DNA of 64,000 nucleotides, taken from positions 32,001 to 96,000 of IMG/VR virus record IMGVR_UViG_3300043444_000140. One strand, given 5' to 3'. The notes under the pieces were generated by a model. The model was not told the origin of the DNA. It worked only from the letters and a program-made list of their open reading frames with translations, and ran no database searches. Every line of letters begins with the position of its first letter. Within the stretch, counting starts at the first letter, position 1. Positions 58,341-64,000 of the stretch are shown here, in pieces. Origin of the DNA: a virus. The position numbers and the translations under genes are program-made.

Positions 58341-60212
58341 ATTAAAAAACCCCAAAGATTTTTCCTAGCGTTGTTACTAGCCTTTGCACCACTTCTTGTA
58401 GCATCTATGGCTTTTGCAGAGACAAGAGCGGAGTACGATGCAGTCGTGGCTTCAGCACAGGCTAAAGTTTCTGCTGCCCAGGAGGCTCTCAGTAGGGCAC
58501 AAGAGGCTTATAACTCAGCAGTTGGTGCTGGAGTATCCCTAGATTCGCAAATAGCACAGGCAGAGCAGGCACTAGGTGTAGCCCAAGCAGCCTACGACCA
58601 GTCCCAAATTCCAGATCCAGCGTGGACCAGACCGCTAAAAGAGGAAATCTATACTGTTAGTGTTCCGTACACAGTTCAGGTTCCATATACAGTCATAGAA
58701 CAAACTACGTCTCAGGTGTCTAGAACCATTCAGGTTCCACACACAGAAACGGTAACGACAACAAGCCAGGTTGCTCGTACAACATATGTTACCAGCGGTG
58801 GAATAACTGCAGAAATGTATAATCGACGAGGGTATAATCAAGCACCACCGCTACCATATGCAGGAGAGACCCCAGTCCTAACGACAACAGTGCCAAACAT
58901 TGACTTTCAGTGGGGTGGAGGGTATATCCTTCAGGAAGGTAACGTGTGGTATGGGGAAGACGTTGTTGTCAAGTTTACTGGCAACCTGTTGTTTCCAGCA
59001 GATGGACAGTATCAGTTCTATGCCCCAGCAGACGATGGTGTCATCTTTGACCTTGCTGGTATGAGGCTGATCAGCGACTGGGTAGACAAGGGTGGAGGAG
59101 GATCAGTTACCCAGCCCGTCAACATTATGGGCGGTGTTCTTTATCCTTTCACACTGTACTACTATGAGAATGGTGGTGGAGCATGGGTTCAACTAAATGC
59201 TAAATTAGTTAGTGATGCAAATTTCCAGGTAGTTCCAGCAGCATGGTTAGGAACACAGGTAACGGAGACAACCACATATGAAGACGTAACAACCACGTCT
59301 GAAGTAATTGTCTACACAGAAGAGGTGGTGATTGACACGGTTATCACCGATGTTGAGGTAACTCTTTTCAGAGACGAAGTTGCATACAGAGAAGAGGAGC
59401 GAATCCGCTTAGTTCCAGATGAAGATGCAGAGCACCCAAAGATCAAGAATCCAGATCTCCTCCCAGCGATATCTGACGCACAGTCTAATCTAAACAATCT
59501 TAAGAGTTCTAAGGCTCAAAACTCAGGTATAATAGAAGCAGCATCTGCCGATGTTAGCACAAAACAACAGGAGTTAAATGTCGCTCAACAAGAATTGGAA
59601 GCCATTCCACCATTCAGAGAGCCAACACCTACGCCTACGGAGACCGAGAGCCCTTCTCCAGAGCCAACAGAAACTGAGCCTGAACCGCTACCAGAGCCAG
59701 AGCAAACAGAAACCCCCAAGCCAGAACCAGAACCTGAGTTACGAGTAGAAGAAGCGGTATCTGAGATTCAGAATCTGGTAGAAGTAGCACCAGAAGAACT
59801 GACAGATGCCCAGGCAGAACAACTTGTCGCAGCAGCCCTCGTTGTATTTGAAACAGCAGAGCAAGGCTCACCAGCATATGAACAGGCACTAGAGGCACTT
59901 GCCGTTGCTGCTATTGCAGATGACCCACAATTGCCAGCAGAGTTAGCAGCCATTCCTGGAGCAGAAGCAGTTCTAGAAACATTTAACGCCATTGGAAACG
60001 TGGGGGCTGACATGTCTCCAGAGGTTCGTGAAGAAGCAGAACAAACGGTTATCGCATCTGTTATTGCTACAGGTGCAGCAGTAAATGCAACGGTTGCAGC
60101 AGCCACAACTGCAGCAGCCACAACAACTTCGTCATCAGGTGGTTCGTCTGGTGGCGGTGGTGGAGCATCAGGATCAAGTTCTGGTGGCAGAACAAATAGG
60201 AAGGTGAACTAA
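58341..60212 (+). CDS. exported PA14-domain surface protein (probable ATT start)
   Basis: PA14 motifs (IDFQWGGG, APADDGV, YYENGGGA); signal peptide; Pro/Glu/Thr linker; Ala-rich C-terminal segment and basic tail. Confidence 0.8.
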   Translation: MKKPQRFFLALLLAFAPLLVASMAFAETRAEYDAVVASAQAKVSAAQEALSRAQEAYNSAVGAGVSLDSQIAQAEQALGVAQAAYDQSQIPDPAWTRPLKEEIYTVSVPYTVQVPYTVIEQTTSQVSRTIQVPHTETVTTTSQVARTTYVTSGGITAEMYNRRGYNQAPPLPYAGETPVLTTTVPNIDFQWGGGYILQEGNVWYGEDVVVKFTGNLLFPADGQYQFYAPADDGVIFDLAGMRLISDWVDKGGGGSVTQPVNIMGGVLYPFTLYYYENGGGAWVQLNAKLVSDANFQVVPAAWLGTQVTETTTYEDVTTTSEVIVYTEEVVIDTVITDVEVTLFRDEVAYREEERIRLVPDEDAEHPKIKNPDLLPAISDAQSNLNNLKSSKAQNSGIIEAASADVSTKQQELNVAQQELEAIPPFREPTPTPTETESPSPEPTETEPEPLPEPEQTETPKPEPEPELRVEEAVSEIQNLVEVAPEELTDAQAEQLVAAALVVFETAEQGSPAYEQALEALAVAAIADDPQLPAELAAIPGAEAVLETFNAIGNVGADMSPEVREEAEQTVIASVIATGAAVNATVAAATTAAATTTSSSGGSSGGGGGASGSSSGGRTNRKVN

Positions 60213-60383
60213 ATGAAGAAATTTCTAAATGATATCCTTGGTCAGGCTTGGACACTACTAGGTATGTTTGTTGCTTGGGTAGTTCTAGAAGGCTCTGCCA
60301 AGACAATTGTTGGCTATTGTATCTTAGGTACTTTGGCTTTGTGGACATTGACTTATCCACTAAGAAATGAAAAAGAAGATTAA
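60213..60383 (+). CDS. small two-TM membrane protein (absent from the ORF track)
   Basis: MKKFLNDILGQAWTLLGMFVAWVVLEGSAKTIVGYCILGTLALWTLTYPLRNEKED; SD AGGTG. Confidence 0.75.
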   Translation: MKKFLNDILGQAWTLLGMFVAWVVLEGSAKTIVGYCILGTLALWTLTYPLRNEKED

Positions 60384-60409
60384 ACACATAAAGGAAGGAG
60401 TTGTTTAAT

Positions 60410-60670
60410 ATGGTAAAAACTATTGCAGATATTTTTGCAAGAATGGTAGCGGTCTTTGTGATCTCGGCACTTGGTGTTCTTGGTGCTGGTGCTGTAGCAG
60501 GAGTCGAAGTCATTCAGGCAGTTTTCATGGCAGGTCTACTTGGCGTAGCACGTGTACTTGAGGACCTAGCAAAGTCATTCCTACAGGATGGCAAATTGAC
60601 CCAGGCTGAGATTAACTCGGCATTCCGCAAGGAGCACAGACGTGCTGAGGAAGAAGACGCTCAGAATTAA
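60410..60670 (+). CDS. small membrane protein (possible holin)
   Basis: Two hydrophobic helices and a charged C-terminus; SD AAGGAG. Confidence 0.65.
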   Translation: MVKTIADIFARMVAVFVISALGVLGAGAVAGVEVIQAVFMAGLLGVARVLEDLAKSFLQDGKLTQAEINSAFRKEHRRAEEEDAQN

Positions 60671-60738
60671 TAGTCAACCCCTTGACTACCCTCTCTAGTT
60701 GGTGTAAAATAGATATACTACCTAGAGAGGGTTTTCAC

Positions 60739-60921
60739 ATGAGCGAAGTAAATTGGAATGAGTTTGGGGATTGGCTCCAGGCTGGTATTGATAAGGGCTG
60801 GGTAACTGAGCCTTTCTGTTACACCCACGATGGTGATCCATATATGACAGAAGAAGAAGAAAAAGAGTGGGAAGAGGGCGGAGACCCTTGTGCACCAGTT
60901 ATTAAGATTTTGGACAATTAA
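60739..60921 (+). CDS. small acidic protein
   Basis: GIDKGW..CYTHDG..GGDPC; TTGACT-17-TAAAAT promoter upstream. Confidence 0.7.
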   Translation: MSEVNWNEFGDWLQAGIDKGWVTEPFCYTHDGDPYMTEEEEKEWEEGGDPCAPVIKILDN

Positions 60922-61790
60922 TGAAAAAACTAATTAGCATTGCGTCAGCAGTTGTTCTAGCACTATCTGTTTCTCCAGCACAAGCAAATGAAAATACATC
61001 CGTAGTGATTATTGATAGTGGGTTTGATAGTGAACTTCTTAATCCAATTAAAGAAGTTTGCATCCTAGTAACCAAGAATTGCAACAACGGCACAGCATTT
61101 GACGACTCGATCGGAGCATCTGATACAGGTCTGACATTGATGTCAAACTGGAAATCGGAATGGGCACATGGAACCAAGATGGCAGACATCGTACGCCAGA
61201 TCAATCCGAGTGCAGACATTATTCTTATTCGTAATGCTATCGTAACACCAAGAGGTGCAGTAAATATTGGCGGTACCAAAGAGTTTGAATTGTCATTGCA
61301 ATGGGTAAAAGACAATGCCAAAAAGTATAACATCTCTGCAGTATCTTTCTCACGTGGATCAAACACGTGGACCAAAACTGGCAAGGGTTGCCCGATTGAT
61401 GCAGGCATTCAGTCTAAGATTGTAGACTTGCAATCGCTTGGTGTTGCTACAGTAATCGCTGCTGGAAATAACGGAGACAAGGTGAACGTTAGTTATCCTG
61501 GTTGTATTCCAGAGGCTGTTACCATCAGTGGTATTTACTCACAGAACTACACTCCAAAGATTTGGTCTTCGTATCGTGAGACTCGTGGCACTAACTCTGG
61601 ATTTCTAACGGACTTCTTTGCAATGGGCAATTTCAAGACTATTGCTGGACCAGTCGCTGAGTCCACATCATCTTCTGCTGCTGCTTTTGCAGGGTATTGG
61701 AGCAAGGTCTACAACGCATCATACCAGCAAACCTATAACAGTATCCTGCAGTCTAGCAAAAACAAGTTTGTGGATGTTATTAATCAATGA
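60921..61790 (+). CDS. secreted subtilisin-like (S8) serine protease
   Basis: Signal peptide AQA; IIDSG, HGTKMA, AAGN, STS catalytic motifs. Confidence 0.82.
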   Translation: MKKLISIASAVVLALSVSPAQANENTSVVIIDSGFDSELLNPIKEVCILVTKNCNNGTAFDDSIGASDTGLTLMSNWKSEWAHGTKMADIVRQINPSADIILIRNAIVTPRGAVNIGGTKEFELSLQWVKDNAKKYNISAVSFSRGSNTWTKTGKGCPIDAGIQSKIVDLQSLGVATVIAAGNNGDKVNVSYPGCIPEAVTISGIYSQNYTPKIWSSYRETRGTNSGFLTDFFAMGNFKTIAGPVAESTSSSAAAFAGYWSKVYNASYQQTYNSILQSSKNKFVDVINQ

Positions 61791-62986
61791 CCAATCTATT
61801 CTTAAGTGGACCGTTTGACTATAAGGGTAAGGGCTGGGGCTATGCCCACTATTCCTATGGCTTTGCCATGGAATCTTTTGCGGAGGTAGCGACTAAAGAG
61901 GATTCTGTGTGTGGATACTTCTCGTATCCGTTTACTCTTGGATCTGCCAAAACCCAAATGAGGCAGTACAAGGATCCAGTCAGCATATCCTTTTTGCCAC
62001 CAGACGTGGCTCTACTAATACCAAGACAGAAAAACATCTGTGTGTTTGCATGGGAGTTTGATAGGTTGCCAGTAAAAAGCGATGGGAACAATGGTATCTT
62101 TAAAAAGGATTATGCTTCTACACTAAAGAAGTTTGACCATGTCATTACGCTATCGTCCTACTCCCAGTCAGCCCTGAAGACGTATGGGATAGATTCTTTT
62201 GTGCTTCCTTCAGCAGTATCGCCAAAAGAGATTGATCCTGGAGAGTCTATTGACGACTTGCCATGTTACACACTAAGCACAGTCTCAGACTATTACAAAG
62301 ACCATGAGCCAGAATCATTAGCAAACTTGTTAGACAAATCGGATCATGAAAAAAGATTCCTCTACATTCTTAACCCACACGACATTAGAAAGAACTTTGG
62401 CAACCTTGTTACGGCATTCGTAAAATTTAGACAGGAACATCCAGACGCAATTCTTTTGCTTAAAATGACTGCACAGGGAGATCTTGGGAAGTTGCAGGCA
62501 ACCGCTTTTAGGAGAGAGTTTCCTTCATTCCCAGAAACAACGTTCGACAATGTTTATTTTATTCCACAAAAGTTGTCGGATAGCGAACTACAAATGCTAA
62601 TTAACTCTTGTCAAAACTATGTGTCTCCTAGTCGTGCAGAGGGGCAGAACCTGCCATTATGTGAGGCTATGGTATCTGGCAGGGTATGCATAACTCCAGA
62701 TCATACATCAATGAGTGATTACGTTACTAACGATTCGGCAATTATTCTTGAGTCCAATACCTGGATGATAGATGAATCTACGCACAAGTACAAAGACTTC
62801 TGGGGATTCTCATGGTTTAATGTGGGAGAACAGACAATTCTTGATGCACTTAATCGGGCAATATCATTGACATCAGAAGAGAAAACTGCTATGCTTAATA
62901 AAGCAAAACAGAACGTAGAGAACTTTTGCTCACCAGAATCAGTTCTTCAAAAATGGCAACAAATAAAGTTGCAAATAGGAATCTGA
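61787..62986 (+). CDS. glycosyltransferase (GT-B, GT4-like)
   Basis: AWEFD, RKNF, PSRAEGQNLPLCEAM. Confidence 0.85.
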   Translation: MTNLFLSGPFDYKGKGWGYAHYSYGFAMESFAEVATKEDSVCGYFSYPFTLGSAKTQMRQYKDPVSISFLPPDVALLIPRQKNICVFAWEFDRLPVKSDGNNGIFKKDYASTLKKFDHVITLSSYSQSALKTYGIDSFVLPSAVSPKEIDPGESIDDLPCYTLSTVSDYYKDHEPESLANLLDKSDHEKRFLYILNPHDIRKNFGNLVTAFVKFRQEHPDAILLLKMTAQGDLGKLQATAFRREFPSFPETTFDNVYFIPQKLSDSELQMLINSCQNYVSPSRAEGQNLPLCEAMVSGRVCITPDHTSMSDYVTNDSAIILESNTWMIDESTHKYKDFWGFSWFNVGEQTILDALNRAISLTSEEKTAMLNKAKQNVENFCSPESVLQKWQQIKLQIGI

Positions 62987-63007
62987 TCCTGTATAATTGA
63001 ATAGTAT

Positions 63008-63080
63008 TCCTCCTTAACTCAGTTGGTAGAGTGTTCGGCTGTTAACCGAAATGTCGTTGGTTCGAGTCCAGCAGGAGGAG
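63008..63080 (+). tRNA. tRNA-Asn(GTT)
   Basis: Full cloverleaf; anticodon at 63041-63043; CCA not encoded. Confidence 0.95.
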
Positions 63081-63083
63081 CAA

Positions 63084-63270
63084 TAGGGGTCGCACCCCTA
63101 GGAGGCTGATATACCTTCGTAAACGTATATTCGGTTTGACTAAGCATACCGAGATCCTAATAGACTGGGATTCTAAAAGTTTTAGCGTTGGCTCTATGAA
63201 CCTTTGTAGAGACGTTTTACTGGTAGCGAAATTACTAGTCGGTGAGCAGAGGTCGCTAACTTTGGCTCAC
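63084..63270 (+). ncRNA. candidate structured ncRNA
   Basis: Seven consecutive hairpins and two possible pseudoknot pairings. Confidence 0.5.
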
Positions 63271-63274
63271 AACT

Positions 63275-63341
63275 GGATAGGTAGTTTAATGGCAAAACTG
63301 CAAGGAACGGCAAGTTGGGAGTTCGAATCTCCCTCTATCCA
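63275..63341 (+). ncRNA. tRNA-like element with a truncated anticodon arm
   Basis: Intact acceptor, D and T arms; D-to-T region 18 nt instead of about 23. Confidence 0.7.
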
Positions 63342-63345
63342 CAAA

Positions 63346-63516
63346 CAGTAGTCTCCTTCTGGAATGGGAGTTCTCGCTTCACTACGAGGCTGCTGGGAAA
63401 TAGCCTGCCTGCAGGAAGGGCTATTTTTAAATGGGTTAGTGCTGTTTCTAATGATGGCTACTTGCAAGGCTAACCTCCCGACAGTCGGGCGAATCCGAAG
63501 GGGCGATATCCTCGGT
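63346..63516 (+). ncRNA. candidate structured ncRNA(s)
   Basis: Two multi-branch stems and additional hairpins. Confidence 0.4.
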
Positions 63517-63519
63517 CCA

Positions 63520-63593
63520 GGCTTCATAGTTCAGTTGGTTAGAACGCCACCCTGTCACGGTGGAGGTCAGGGGTTCAAGTCCCCTTGGAGTCG
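63520..63593 (+). tRNA. tRNA-Asp(GTC)
   Basis: Full cloverleaf; anticodon at 63554-63556. Confidence 0.95.
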
Positions 63594-63643
63594 CTAATGG
63601 TTTCCATGCACCACTCTTCGGGTATAAGATAAAGCATGGACAC

Positions 63644-63716
63644 GCCCTTGTAACTCAGTTGGTAGAGTGCGATACTTGTAATATCGAAGTCGCAGGTTCG
63701 AATCCTGTCGGGGGCT
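63644..63716 (+). tRNA. tRNA-Thr(TGT)
   Basis: Full cloverleaf; anticodon at 63677-63679. Confidence 0.95.
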
Positions 63717-63752
63717 CATGTAGTATAATGGAACAAAAGGGAGGTCATAATT

Positions 63753-64000
63753 ATGGCTAAAGCACAATTTCCAATTGACGGTAAACTCGGAAAAGATTTT
63801 AAAGTCACAAGTTACATGGGCATGAGAATTCACCCAGTAACCAAGCAAAAGAAGCACCACAACGGCACTGACATCTGGTCTGGTCATGAACCATGCTGGA
63901 TTGAGGCACCTTACGATGGTAAGGTAGTCTATGCTGGTCCTTCAAAGAGCAAGAACTCGGACGGATCTGTTGGAGGGTTTGGATACTACGTTATTCTAAT
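63753..64000 (+). CDS. M23 peptidase, probable endolysin (partial, runs off the window)
   Basis: SD GGAGG; MAKAQFPID..VTS..GMRIHPV..HNGTD (HxxxD)..APYDGKV..GGFGYYV. Confidence 0.8.
   Translation, partial: MAKAQFPIDGKLGKDFKVTSYMGMRIHPVTKQKKHHNGTDIWSGHEPCWIEAPYDGKVVYAGPSKSKNSDGSVGGFGYYVIL

Noticed and set aside
63084-63345. tmRNA (standard or permuted)
   Set aside because: The 3' acceptor pairs locally with GGATAGG (A3-U70, not G3-U70); no matching distant 5' end or convincing tag ORF
63346-63500. HDV-like/theta ribozyme downstream of the tRNA-like element
   Set aside because: Partial topology resemblance only; I could not place P2, P1.1 and a catalytic C together. Needs a motif search
63136-63887. 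Short ORFs across the tRNA region
   Set aside because: They overlap tRNAs and structured RNA and show no protein-like features

Overview
A 64 kb segment of a large tailed dsDNA phage (long-tailed siphovirus-type architecture), most likely lytic and infecting an Actinobacterium. Its gene content resembles freshwater actinophages and Streptomyces BE/BK-like phages. All credible genes are on the + strand. Gene order: fibre/accessory virion genes (1-11.5 kb); portal, prohead protease/scaffold, major capsid, neck and tail tube (11.5-21.3 kb); a 2898-aa tape measure protein (TMP) and tail-tip genes (21.3-39.3 kb); replication and recombination (DnaB, primase, SSB, DnaE, MazG-like, NrdH, RecA, resolvases, Cas4-like; 39.3-51.4 kb); terminase; a secreted Ig-like protein; nrdIEF; a secreted/membrane cluster (PA14 protein, S8 protease, GT4); a tRNA/structured-RNA array; and the start of an M23 endolysin. 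Most notable: (1) the TMP carries a complete HIGH-superfamily nucleotidyltransferase domain bracketed by two copies of a 56-aa module, suggesting a cassette system that delivers enzymes through the tail; (2) a fibre-associated gene has a mirror-symmetric 20-cysteine hairpin, broken exactly at its tip, followed by a duplicated accessory gene pair; (3) the tail chaperone G/GT pair appears to be made by duplication rather than frameshifting; (4) a stalked PA14 surface protein appears to start at ATT; (5) densely structured RNAs and an anticodon-arm-deficient tRNA-like element lie between the tRNAs. All family assignments come from motif recognition by eye; no database searches were run.
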